A stretch of DNA of 64,000 nt. Origin: Ignavibacteriota bacterium. Lineage in GTDB: Bacteria; Bacteroidota; Ignavibacteria; UBA10030; UBA6906. The DNA is taken from positions 402,703 through 466,702 of the forward strand of contig CAVVIT010000007.1 in assembly GCA_963748405.1 (NCBI GenBank). Reading direction: 5' to 3'. This document shows positions 46,872-56,019 of the stretch, piece by piece. Below the pieces are notes generated by a model, which did no database searches, was not told the origin of the DNA, and saw only the letters and a program-made list of their open reading frames with translations. The translations under genes were made by a program, and so were the position numbers. Each line of letters begins with the position of its first letter. The stretch's first letter is position 1.

Positions 46872-49094
46872 GTGACAATGAAAGCGCACGGCGGTCCCTC
46901 CGGGGGGAGGACGCTTCGGGAAGCGTTCAGCGGGATCCGGCTCGTGACCTGTGAACCGGACTCTCCTGCTGTCGTCACCACGGTAGCGCAGTGCGCGGCC
47001 TCCGAGCTCGTGCCGGGCGCCGCCGTCGCCCTCCTGTCCCCGGGAGCGGCCGCTCCGGAGGGCCCCCGGCTTCACGTCGCCTGCGGCCCCGGTGCGGCGG
47101 ACCACATGGAGCTCCGCACGTCCGGCGGCGGCTCGTTCGAGCTGTTCGCTTCCCGCCCCGAGAGGCTCTACGCGCTCTACTGCATGGTGCGCGACGAATG
47201 GCGCGAAGAGTCACCGGGAGAACCCGGGAGCGTGCGTGCGGTGCGCCCGTCGTTCCCGTGGCTGCGGAACCTGAGCGATTTCCTCGTCGGGAGTCTCCGC
47301 TCCTCGCGGGGGTTCTCTGCCGACGAGTATGTGCGCGACATGGCGCGGCTCGGGTTTTCCCACATGACCGTCAACGGGCTCGGCGCTCGGGCGCCGTCGG
47401 AAACCGGGCCTCCCGGGGACGTCTACTCCTGGTTCTACGACTACAGCCCGGACATCGATCAGTTTGTCGACAGCACGCTCCTGCGGGGATATTATCCGCG
47501 CGAGTACCTCGAAGCGAACCTTGCCGCGCTCAAGGCCAATGTCGCGCTCGCCCGCCGGTACGGTCTCGTCCCCGGCCTCCACATCAACTCCCCCCGGTCG
47601 ATGCCGGAAGCCTTTTGGGAACGCTACCCCTGCCTCCGGGGCGCGCGCATCGACCATCCCCGGGAGTCGTTCCGGCCGCGCTACACGCTCGCCATGGCGC
47701 ATCCCGCGGTGCAGGAACATTACCGGGAGCTCATCCGGAACATGCTCCGCGAGGTCCCTTCGCTCGGGTTCATACACCTCTGGACGAACGACAGCGGATC
47801 GGGTTTTGAATTTGTCTCCTCGCTCTACGCGGGGAGGAACGGGGGTCCCTACCTTGTCCGCGAATGGAAAACCGACGCGGAGATCGCGCGGGCGGCCGCC
47901 TCGAACGCGATGACGTACTTCACGCTCATACGGGACGAGTGCCTCCGCGTGAATCCCGGCTTCCGGCTCATCTGCGACATCGCGTCGTTCGAGTCCGAGC
48001 GCCGGTACATCGTTCCCGCGCTGGGGAAGGGGATCGACGCGGGAGAATTCGGCTCGTTCGCGGGGACTGTCAGCCGGAGGGAACAGGCGGTGCTCGACCT
48101 GGTCGGCGCCTGGAATCACCGCCGGGAAGATCCCGGTCCCGTCTCCGTGATCGGCGTTCCCTGGCCGGTCCTCCTCCACGAGCGGCTCACGCGGGCAATG
48201 AAGGAGGGGGTGCGCGGGCTCCTGGCCTCTCCTGTTCCCCGGTCGCTTGCCCCGTACGACATCAACGGAGAAGTGTACCGGACGGTCCAGCTTGTGCCGG
48301 ACCGCCCCCCCGCGGAGATACTCGCCCGCGCCGCCCTCGCGTGGGCGGGGCCGGACGGGGCGCGGGATCTCGTCGAGATCTGGCTCCTTGCCGACGAGGC
48401 GGTCCGGTCCGTCCCCGCCGGGGTTCCGCTCTCCACGTTCGCCTATCCGTGGTTCCGGCTCAGCGTCCGCCCGTTCGTCCCGGACATCGGCCGCGTGAGG
48501 GAAGCCGACAGGGAGTACTACGAGCGCTTCATGCTCGCGACGTTCAACAATCCGGCCCGGGTCGATCTGAACAACGACATGCTCTGGAATTTCCTGGGCG
48601 TGCAGGAGGCGCTGGAAAAACAGCGCGCCTTCGACATCGCGGTGTTCCCTCCCCTGGAAAGAGCCGTCGCGCGATCGGCGGAGTCGGCGGGCCGCGCCCG
48701 CACCGGCGGGAAAGGGAATGTGTTTGCCGACCTGCGCGACAGGCTGCGCGCCTGGCGATCCTACGCCCTGACGCTCCGCAACATGCTTGCCTGGACCGCC
48801 TCGGTCCACGGATACCTCCGCGCGGAGCCGGGCCCGGCGAGAGACCAGTACCGCGCCCTCTGCCGCGCCATGGTGCAGGGGGAGACGGAGAACGCGCGCG
48901 ACCTCCTGGATCTCTGGCGCACGTCGGAGGCGGCGTTCATGCCGGTCGCCGCCCTCGGGGAAACGCTGCACACGTACGGAGAAAACTTCGGCGAGCTTCT
49001 GGAAAGGAAAATCCGCCTCATGGAGACCCACGCCGGCGACGAGCCCTTCGTCGACCCGGAATTCATGTGGCGGCTGCCCGACATGTCACACTGA
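46872..49094 (+). CDS. Cytoplasmic hypothetical protein, possibly a TIM-barrel glycosidase-like enzyme. No family assigned.
   Basis: 740 aa with no signal peptide. It has high-GC3 coding potential and is first in a tightly spaced operon. Confidence 0.4.
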   Translation: MTMKAHGGPSGGRTLREAFSGIRLVTCEPDSPAVVTTVAQCAASELVPGAAVALLSPGAAAPEGPRLHVACGPGAADHMELRTSGGGSFELFASRPERLYALYCMVRDEWREESPGEPGSVRAVRPSFPWLRNLSDFLVGSLRSSRGFSADEYVRDMARLGFSHMTVNGLGARAPSETGPPGDVYSWFYDYSPDIDQFVDSTLLRGYYPREYLEANLAALKANVALARRYGLVPGLHINSPRSMPEAFWERYPCLRGARIDHPRESFRPRYTLAMAHPAVQEHYRELIRNMLREVPSLGFIHLWTNDSGSGFEFVSSLYAGRNGGPYLVREWKTDAEIARAAASNAMTYFTLIRDECLRVNPGFRLICDIASFESERRYIVPALGKGIDAGEFGSFAGTVSRREQAVLDLVGAWNHRREDPGPVSVIGVPWPVLLHERLTRAMKEGVRGLLASPVPRSLAPYDINGEVYRTVQLVPDRPPAEILARAALAWAGPDGARDLVEIWLLADEAVRSVPAGVPLSTFAYPWFRLSVRPFVPDIGRVREADREYYERFMLATFNNPARVDLNNDMLWNFLGVQEALEKQRAFDIAVFPPLERAVARSAESAGRARTGGKGNVFADLRDRLRAWRSYALTLRNMLAWTASVHGYLRAEPGPARDQYRALCRAMVQGETENARDLLDLWRTSEAAFMPVAALGETLHTYGENFGELLERKIRLMETHAGDEPFVDPEFMWRLPDMSH

Positions 49095-49110
49095 GGAGGA
49101 AGGAAGAGCG

Positions 49111-49902
49111 ATGGAGCAGTATCCGATCACGGAGGACCAGGTCCGTTTCTACCAGGAGAACGGGTATGTCCGGCTCGACGGCGTCCTGACGCTGCAGGAA
49201 GTGGAGGCGCTGCGGGTGGCGCTCGATGTCGCCGTCGAGGACCGCCGCAGGTACGACAGGAACGAGGGGCCGAGGACGGACCCGGGATACGCGAAGGTGT
49301 TCCTCCAGATGGTGAATCTCTGGGAGCACTATCCCGCGGTCCGCTCCTACGTGCAGAACCCGCGGATCGGCGAGATCGCCCGCCGGCTCGCCCGCGCGAA
49401 GGGGGTGCGCCTCTGGCACGATCACGCCCTCATCAAGTACCCGAAGGACAGCAAGCCCACCGTCTGGCACCAGGACTGGGTGTACTGGCCGATGAAGGAA
49501 ACCGGGGCCCTCTCCTGCTGGATGGCGCTCGACGACGTGACCGTGAAGAACGGCTGCATGTCGTTCATCCCGGGCTCGCACCGGCTCGGCCCCCGCGACC
49601 CGGTGGACCTGGGGAACGCGACCGAGGACACGCTCCTGGCCATGTTCCCCCCCGAGCAGAGGAAGACGTTCGCCCCCGTCGCCGTGGAGATGAAGGCGGG
49701 AAGCTGCACGTTCCACGACGGCCTGACGTTCCACTACGCCGGGCCGAACGTCACGGAGAGCCCCCGCCGCGCGATGGTGACGATCTACATGCCGTCGCAC
49801 ACGACGTACAAGAAGCTCGAACATCTCGTCGGCGACCGCGCGGGACTTGCCCCCGGAGAGAAATTCGCCGGCCCGCTGTTCCCCCTGGTCGCCGGGGAGT
49901 GA
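49111..49902 (+). CDS. Phytanoyl-CoA dioxygenase (PhyH)-family Fe(II)/2-oxoglutarate oxygenase
   Basis: 263 aa from MEQYPITEDQVRFYQENGY. The HxD motif sits in WHQDWVYWP, with a distal His in FHYAGPN. A GAGGAGG Shine-Dalgarno lies upstream. Confidence 0.7.
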   Translation: MEQYPITEDQVRFYQENGYVRLDGVLTLQEVEALRVALDVAVEDRRRYDRNEGPRTDPGYAKVFLQMVNLWEHYPAVRSYVQNPRIGEIARRLARAKGVRLWHDHALIKYPKDSKPTVWHQDWVYWPMKETGALSCWMALDDVTVKNGCMSFIPGSHRLGPRDPVDLGNATEDTLLAMFPPEQRKTFAPVAVEMKAGSCTFHDGLTFHYAGPNVTESPRRAMVTIYMPSHTTYKKLEHLVGDRAGLAPGEKFAGPLFPLVAGE

Positions 49903-49905
49903 GCC

Positions 49906-51483
49906 ATGACGGAAACGACGCTCCGCTCAGGCAATCCCTCGCTCGACGTGCTTGTGCCGCGCGTGCGGGAGTTTCTCTCGCACGATGTCAGCTCGTACGT
50001 GATGTTCGGCCGCCCGGTCCGCGGCTACCGCGCCCCCGACACTCCCGCCATATGGCTGCGCGACCATTCCGAGATGCTCCGGGGGGCGAAGTACTGGGAG
50101 CGGGACATGAAGAGCACCGTCGATCACTTCGCGGAGATGCAGTCGCAGGCGGGGTGGCTGTTCGACTATTTCACGATGACGCCGGAGAAGGTCCCGTGCG
50201 AGAAGGAGAACTGGGCGAAGTACGTGCGCGTCCCGGTCGAGGCGGACGTCGAATTCCGGTACATCAAGGCGGTCTACCTGGCGTTCCAGGCGACGGGGGA
50301 CGTCCGCTGGGTGAAGTCCCTGATCCCCTCGATGGAGAAGGCCCTCCGCTACGTTCTGACCGATCCCTGGCGGTGGGACCGGCGGCTGAAGCTCGTGAAG
50401 CGGCCCTACACGATCGACACGTGGGATTTCGATTACACGGCGGGGCGCTACGGGTGGCTCAACTTCCGCGTGGACGATGCGACGTACTGGGGGATCATGC
50501 ACGGCGACAGCTCCGGGTACTACGAGGCGTTTCTGAACCTCGCCTCGATGCACGAGGCCGCGGGGGGGAGGGCCGCCGCGGCGAAGTGGAGAAAGTTCGC
50601 CGCCGCATTCCGGGCCCGGGCGAACCGCGCTTCGTTCAACGGCACGTTCTACCGGCACCGCGCGGCGATCACCCCGGTCGAGATTCCCGGCGTGGACGCC
50701 GAATCACAGCTCACGATAAGCAACCCGGCGGACATCAACCGCGGGCTGGCGACGCACCCGATGGCCGTTGCGATCATCGATGAATACCGCCGCCGCGGCC
50801 GCGCCAGCGGATTCGCCGCCGACTGGGTGAGCGTCGACCCTCCGTTTCCCGCGGGCATATTCGGCGAGCCGAAGCTCGTCCCGGGGAGCTACTGCAACGG
50901 CGGGCTCATGCCGCTCGTCGGGGGGGAGCTCGCGCGGGCCGCGTTCGATCACGGCAGGGAGGCGTACGGCGTCGCGCAGCTGCTCAGGTACGAGGAGCTC
51001 ACGCGGGGGAACGAAACCTACCTCTGGTATTTTCCGGACGGCCGTCCCTCGTCGATCGAGACGAGCACGAGTCCCGACGCCTCCCCGACCGACGGCTGGG
51101 GCTCCAGCGCGATGCTCTACGCGCTCATCGAGGGGCTCGCCGGGATCGTCGACGGATCGTCGCTCTACAGGAACCTCCGCCTCTCCCCCCGCTGGGTTGC
51201 CGCGGGGTGCGACGATGTGTCCGTCTCCGTGTCGTACGCCGCCTCGGGGGCGGGAGTCTCCTGCCGCTACACGCACGATGCGGCGAAGCGCACGGTGGTG
51301 ATCGGCCTCGCCGCCCGCGCGGCGGTCGACCTGCACCTCCTCCTTCCGCCGGGGGCGCACGCCCGCTCGGTGCGCGTGAACGGGAAAACCGTCCGCCACG
51401 CGCACGTGCGCGTCGAGGAGAGCACATATGTTGATGCCGCCTTTCCCGTCAGGGGGAAGGCGGAAATCGCGGTTCACTATTGA
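49906..51483 (+). CDS. Cytoplasmic hypothetical protein, (alpha/alpha)6 glycosidase-like. Tentative.
   Basis: 525 aa. Its start is 4 nt after the PhyH stop. Confidence 0.4.
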   Translation: MTETTLRSGNPSLDVLVPRVREFLSHDVSSYVMFGRPVRGYRAPDTPAIWLRDHSEMLRGAKYWERDMKSTVDHFAEMQSQAGWLFDYFTMTPEKVPCEKENWAKYVRVPVEADVEFRYIKAVYLAFQATGDVRWVKSLIPSMEKALRYVLTDPWRWDRRLKLVKRPYTIDTWDFDYTAGRYGWLNFRVDDATYWGIMHGDSSGYYEAFLNLASMHEAAGGRAAAAKWRKFAAAFRARANRASFNGTFYRHRAAITPVEIPGVDAESQLTISNPADINRGLATHPMAVAIIDEYRRRGRASGFAADWVSVDPPFPAGIFGEPKLVPGSYCNGGLMPLVGGELARAAFDHGREAYGVAQLLRYEELTRGNETYLWYFPDGRPSSIETSTSPDASPTDGWGSSAMLYALIEGLAGIVDGSSLYRNLRLSPRWVAAGCDDVSVSVSYAASGAGVSCRYTHDAAKRTVVIGLAARAAVDLHLLLPPGAHARSVRVNGKTVRHAHVRVEESTYVDAAFPVRGKAEIAVHY

Positions 51484-51499
51484 AGCGTGAAAGCACGAA

Positions 51500-53743
51500 A
51501 TGAAACGAAGAGAGTTCCTCGCCGCCCCCGTTTTTTCGCTCGCCGCCGCCCCCCTTGCCCGCATCGGCCCGCTTCTCGATCCTGCAGGCCCGCCGGAGGC
51601 GCCGGTTCCGCCGTCTGCCGTGAAGGTGCAGCAGAGGCTCCACCAGGACTTCATCACGTACGCCCCCGGGATCGAGTATTTCATGCTCGGGAACGGCGAG
51701 ATACAGGCGATGATCCAGTACGCGCCGGAGCGCGGCGGGGATCTCCCGCAGACGTTCCTGGGACTCACGGTATTCGACCCCGAGCGGTTCGGCAGGAAGT
51801 GGAGCACGTTCCTGTTCGACCCCGAGAGGGGGTTCGAGCCGACCCGCCTCTCCGTCATACTCCCCGGAAAGGGGGGGGAGGGGGTCACGCCGGAAAACTT
51901 TGTGTCCGTTGCATGGACGTACCCCCGGTCGATACCGACCGTCGAGTGCCGGTGGAGTGCGGGGCCGATAGCGGTCACGGAAGAGCTCTTCGTCCCTTCC
52001 GAGGGGGCGATCCTCTTCAGGAACGTGACGCTGGAGAACAGGGGGACTGTCCCCCTGGAGCCGAAACTCTACGCCGCGCTCCTTCCGAATTTCGTCCTCT
52101 TCGACGAGATCGGCCCCGATGAGGCCACGCACACGGTGAAGGCCCGCGGGTTCGCCGCGATGTCGCTCCAGTCCCTCGACGCCGAGGTCGTCGTCTCGGG
52201 GCGGTACGACATGACCGTCGCGCCGGGGACGCTCGGCCCCGGGAAGACCGCACGGATCCGGTTCGTCTACTCCATCGATCCGGCGGCGGGCGTTCTCGAC
52301 CCCGCGGCGTACGGGAAGCTCCTGGACCGGACGGAATCCTGGTGGCACGCGCGCTCCGACGTCCGGACCGGCCACGCGACGCTCGACCACCTTCTCGGCG
52401 TCTCCCGCTCGGGGCTGCGCGCGATGCTCGCACGGAGCGGGAAGAGGGACTCCGGAACGTGGATGTACAACATGGAGTGGGTCCGCGACGACGTGATGGT
52501 GACGATCGCACTCCTCCAGGCGGGGATGGACGCAGAGGCGAGGACGCTCCTTGCGAAGCTCCTCGAAAAATCTGTCGGTCCCGACGGCAGGACGTTCGAA
52601 TCGAGCCGCTGGGCGGGGTTCGACTATACGGAGCTCGACCAGAACGGGGAGCTCCTCTACGCGATCTGGACGTACGCCGCGTGGACGGGGGACATCGGGT
52701 TCGTGAAATCGCACTGGGAGCGGATCGCCCGCGTGGCCGCCTTCCCGCTCCAGGAACGCTTCCGGGACGCCGCATCGGGCCTCATGCACAACAAACGGGA
52801 GTTCTGGGAAAGGAGCGACTCGTTCGGCGTCGAGGACGGGTACGAGCTCACGTACCAGTTCTGGGTTTCGTTCGGGCTGTCGCACGCCGCGGAGCTTGCG
52901 GAGGCGGTCGGCGCGGGTGAAGCGAAGGCGTGGAAGGAAGCCGCCGCCGCGATACGGGATGCGATCCTCACGCACCCGAAATTCAAGCTCGTGGAAGATG
53001 GGCACTTCATCAAGCGCAGAACGAGAGACGGCCGGTGGCAGCGGTTCATGGTCCCCCCCGATCCGGCGCGGATGCCCCCCGGCTCGCCGATGGCGGTGAA
53101 CGCGCGACCGGCGTGCGAGCCGGACCTGGGGAGCGTCATCCCCGTGATGTACGGGTTCGTGGAGCCGGAGAGCGCCGTCGCGCTCGGAACGCTTGCAGAC
53201 TGCGAGACCCTCTGGAGCCAGGCCTGGGATTTCGGCGGGTACCCCCGATACAACACCGGGAGCGAACCCGATCCGCCCGCGCCGTGGCCCCTGGCGACGC
53301 TGTTCATGGCCCGCTCGTACGCGGAAACCGGCAACTGGCCGAAATTCTGGCAGTGCATCAACTGGGTACGGACGATACACGGCGGGCTTTCAGGGGGATG
53401 GTTTGAGAGGTACGGTCCGAGCATCACCCCCCCCGCCCCCCCCGTCTGCGTCATCGGCTGGGCGTGGGCGGAAATCACGTCGCTCATGATTCATCACGTT
53501 GCGGGCGTGCGTCCCGGTCTCCTCGCGCTGACAGTCCGGCCGCGTCTCCCCGAAGGGGTCGACCGCCTGTCCGGTTCGTTCACCATCCGGGGGACATCCT
53601 GCACGCTCGGCCTCCGGCGCACGACGGGCGCCTCTTCAGCCCGTGTGAACGGGAAGGCGTTTCCTCTCTCGAAGGGAGCGTTGGTTCTCCCCTACGGCGA
53701 TCTCTCCCCCGGCGGGACGGTGATCGAGATGGAGGTCGCGTGA
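51500..53743 (+). CDS. TAT-exported six-hairpin glycosidase-like protein, paralog 1
   Basis: 747 aa. It has the twin-arginine motif KRREFLAAP. The central MYNMEWVRDD..LYAIW.. region resembles glucoamylase- or trehalase-like (alpha/alpha)6 folds. Confidence 0.5.
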   Translation: MKRREFLAAPVFSLAAAPLARIGPLLDPAGPPEAPVPPSAVKVQQRLHQDFITYAPGIEYFMLGNGEIQAMIQYAPERGGDLPQTFLGLTVFDPERFGRKWSTFLFDPERGFEPTRLSVILPGKGGEGVTPENFVSVAWTYPRSIPTVECRWSAGPIAVTEELFVPSEGAILFRNVTLENRGTVPLEPKLYAALLPNFVLFDEIGPDEATHTVKARGFAAMSLQSLDAEVVVSGRYDMTVAPGTLGPGKTARIRFVYSIDPAAGVLDPAAYGKLLDRTESWWHARSDVRTGHATLDHLLGVSRSGLRAMLARSGKRDSGTWMYNMEWVRDDVMVTIALLQAGMDAEARTLLAKLLEKSVGPDGRTFESSRWAGFDYTELDQNGELLYAIWTYAAWTGDIGFVKSHWERIARVAAFPLQERFRDAASGLMHNKREFWERSDSFGVEDGYELTYQFWVSFGLSHAAELAEAVGAGEAKAWKEAAAAIRDAILTHPKFKLVEDGHFIKRRTRDGRWQRFMVPPDPARMPPGSPMAVNARPACEPDLGSVIPVMYGFVEPESAVALGTLADCETLWSQAWDFGGYPRYNTGSEPDPPAPWPLATLFMARSYAETGNWPKFWQCINWVRTIHGGLSGGWFERYGPSITPPAPPVCVIGWAWAEITSLMIHHVAGVRPGLLALTVRPRLPEGVDRLSGSFTIRGTSCTLGLRRTTGASSARVNGKAFPLSKGALVLPYGDLSPGGTVIEMEVA

Positions 53744-56019
53744 AACGGAGAGAGTTTATTCAGGCGCCCCTCATCGGCGCACTTATCCCCTCGCTCGCCG
53801 GCGGGAAACTTTCGTTCCCCCTGGCGGGTGCGGAGGATGAGCGCGCGCCCGGCACGACCAATCTCGCGGAGGGCTCACAGAGGCTGCATGCCGACTTCGT
53901 GACGTACGCCCCGGGGATCGAGTACTTTTACATCGGGAACGGCGACATACAGGGGGCGGTCCAGTACTCGCCGGGGCCGGGGGAGGAATCGTTCGTCGGG
54001 TTCACGCTGATGGACCCGGAGAACTTCTGCCGCAAGTGGAGCACGTTTCTCTTCTCGCCGGAGCACGGGCTGGTCAACACGCGGCTCGGCGTCACGATCG
54101 GGAGCGAGGGTGAAGGGACTCAGGCGAAGGCGGGAATGTATCCCGGCGTGAAGGGGTACAGCGTCGGGCGCGACAACTTCGTCTCGATCGGCTGGGAATA
54201 CCCGGACGGACTCCCCGTGGTGGCGCTCGCCTGGAACGCGGGTGAGTGCGCGGTGAAGGAGGAGTTCTTCGTGCCCGACCGGGGCGCCCTTCTCTTCCGC
54301 CGGGTCCGGCTCACGAACCGTTCGGCGGGTCCTCTTCCGGTGAAGCTCTCGCTCTCCCTCTATGCCAATTTCGGCCTCTTCACGGACATACGGACGGAAG
54401 CGAAGAGCCGGACCGCGCGCGCGGATGGCCTCGCATCGATGAGCCTCTTCTCGCTCGATCCGCACGCGACGGTGTTCGGGCGGTACGACGTGAGGACGGA
54501 CGCGGGGATGATCCCTCCGGGGAGCGGCGTGGAACGCGTCTACGGGTACGCCATCAAAGACGGGGAGCGCGCGCTTGCGCGGCGGACGTTTCCCGTCCTC
54601 CTGCGCGCGGCGTCGCTCGAGTGGAAGAAACGGAACTCGTTCGAGACAGGAAATGCCGTGCTCGACCGTCTGTACAGCGTATCGCGCACGGAGCTGAGGG
54701 CCGTCGTCTCCCGCCGGGGGAGGATGGATGCCGGGACGTGGATGTACAACATGGAATGGCTGGGGGACCACGCCATGGCCTCGGAGTCGCTCCTGAGGGC
54801 GGGGTTCGCCTCCGAGGCGCGGCTTCTCATCGAGAAGAACCTCCGCGACTCGATCGGGCCGGACGGGCGCACGATCGAATCCGGGCGGTTTTTCGGGTAC
54901 GAATACACGGAGATCGTCCAGAACGGCATCATGCTGTTCGCCGTATGGAATTATGTCTGCTGGACGGGCGACAGGACGCTTCTGAAAACATACTGGCCGA
55001 AAATACGGCTCTGCGGCGACTTTCCCCTGGAGAAGTATTTCCTCGATCCGAAGACGCATCTGGTCCACAACAGGCGGGAATTCTGGGAGCGGAGCGACAC
55101 GCACGGTATCGAGGACGGATTCGAGCTCGCCTACCAGTTCTGGGTCTCCTTCGGGCTCGCCAAGGGGGCGGATCTTGCCCGGCTTGCCGGCGATCGTGCG
55201 ACGGCGGAGCGGTGGGCGTCGGCATCGGCGGCGATGCAGGAGACGATGTGGAACGATCCCGTCTACCGGTTCATCGAGGACGGCCATCTCATCAAGAGGC
55301 GGACGCGCGACGGGCGGTGGCAGAAAGAGGCGGTCCCCCCCGACAGGGGGAAACTCCCCCCGGGTTCTCCGATCGCCGTCGAAGAGCATTCGCTGCTCGA
55401 CCCGGACACGATCACGCTTCTCCCCATACTCCTGGAACAGATCCCACCGGGTTCGCCTCTTGCGGGCGAAACGCTCCGGTTCATCGACACGATCTGGAAC
55501 CAGCGGTGGGAAGGGGGAGGGTACCCCCGGTACAATGTCACGGGGGAGGACAATCCCCCGGCGCCGTGGCCGCTGGCCTCGATGCTCGTGGCCCGCGCAA
55601 GCGCGGCCGCCGGAGAGTACGCCCGCGTCTGGAAAATCCTGGAGTGGCTCGACCGGATCGGCGGGCGTTCAGGGTCGTGGTTCGAACGGTGCGCCCAGAG
55701 CATCACGCCGCCGATGCCGCCGGTGGGCGTGGTCGGATGGACCTGGTACGAAATCATCAATCTCTGCTCGCATCACATCGCCGGGCTCCGCCCGGACATC
55801 GACGCGCTGGTCCTGAAGCCCCGCCTTCCGGACAGGATCGATGGGCTCTCCTCGACGCACCTTGTCCGGGGCTCCGCGGTCCGTCTCAGCGTGCAGCGCA
55901 AGGGGAGCGGTCCGCCCCGTGCAAAGGTCAACGGGAGGGATATCCCGGTTTCCGAAGGCGCACTCCGCATCCCGTATCCGCGCCGGGGTTCGACACTCAA
56001 CGTGGAGTTCACACTATGA
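53740..56019 (+). CDS. TAT-exported six-hairpin glycosidase-like protein, paralog 2 (tandem duplicate of 51500..53743)
   Basis: Its GTG start overlaps the upstream stop. KRREFIQAPL is its TAT motif. The two proteins are colinear (APGIEYF.., WSTFLF.., MYNMEW.., REFWERSD.., YQFWVSFGL.., ITPP.PPV.V.GW.W.EI). Confidence 0.5.
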   Translation: MKRREFIQAPLIGALIPSLAGGKLSFPLAGAEDERAPGTTNLAEGSQRLHADFVTYAPGIEYFYIGNGDIQGAVQYSPGPGEESFVGFTLMDPENFCRKWSTFLFSPEHGLVNTRLGVTIGSEGEGTQAKAGMYPGVKGYSVGRDNFVSIGWEYPDGLPVVALAWNAGECAVKEEFFVPDRGALLFRRVRLTNRSAGPLPVKLSLSLYANFGLFTDIRTEAKSRTARADGLASMSLFSLDPHATVFGRYDVRTDAGMIPPGSGVERVYGYAIKDGERALARRTFPVLLRAASLEWKKRNSFETGNAVLDRLYSVSRTELRAVVSRRGRMDAGTWMYNMEWLGDHAMASESLLRAGFASEARLLIEKNLRDSIGPDGRTIESGRFFGYEYTEIVQNGIMLFAVWNYVCWTGDRTLLKTYWPKIRLCGDFPLEKYFLDPKTHLVHNRREFWERSDTHGIEDGFELAYQFWVSFGLAKGADLARLAGDRATAERWASASAAMQETMWNDPVYRFIEDGHLIKRRTRDGRWQKEAVPPDRGKLPPGSPIAVEEHSLLDPDTITLLPILLEQIPPGSPLAGETLRFIDTIWNQRWEGGGYPRYNVTGEDNPPAPWPLASMLVARASAAAGEYARVWKILEWLDRIGGRSGSWFERCAQSITPPMPPVGVVGWTWYEIINLCSHHIAGLRPDIDALVLKPRLPDRIDGLSSTHLVRGSAVRLSVQRKGSGPPRAKVNGRDIPVSEGALRIPYPRRGSTLNVEFTL

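Noticed and set aside
47211-49031. 606-aa minus-strand ORF, and similarly 16933..18132, 12711..14768, 24156..25565, 27942..30215, 52017..52775
   Set aside because: They are antisense or out-of-frame shadows of well-supported genes. Their amino-acid composition (R, G, P, A dominated) indicates non-coding frames.
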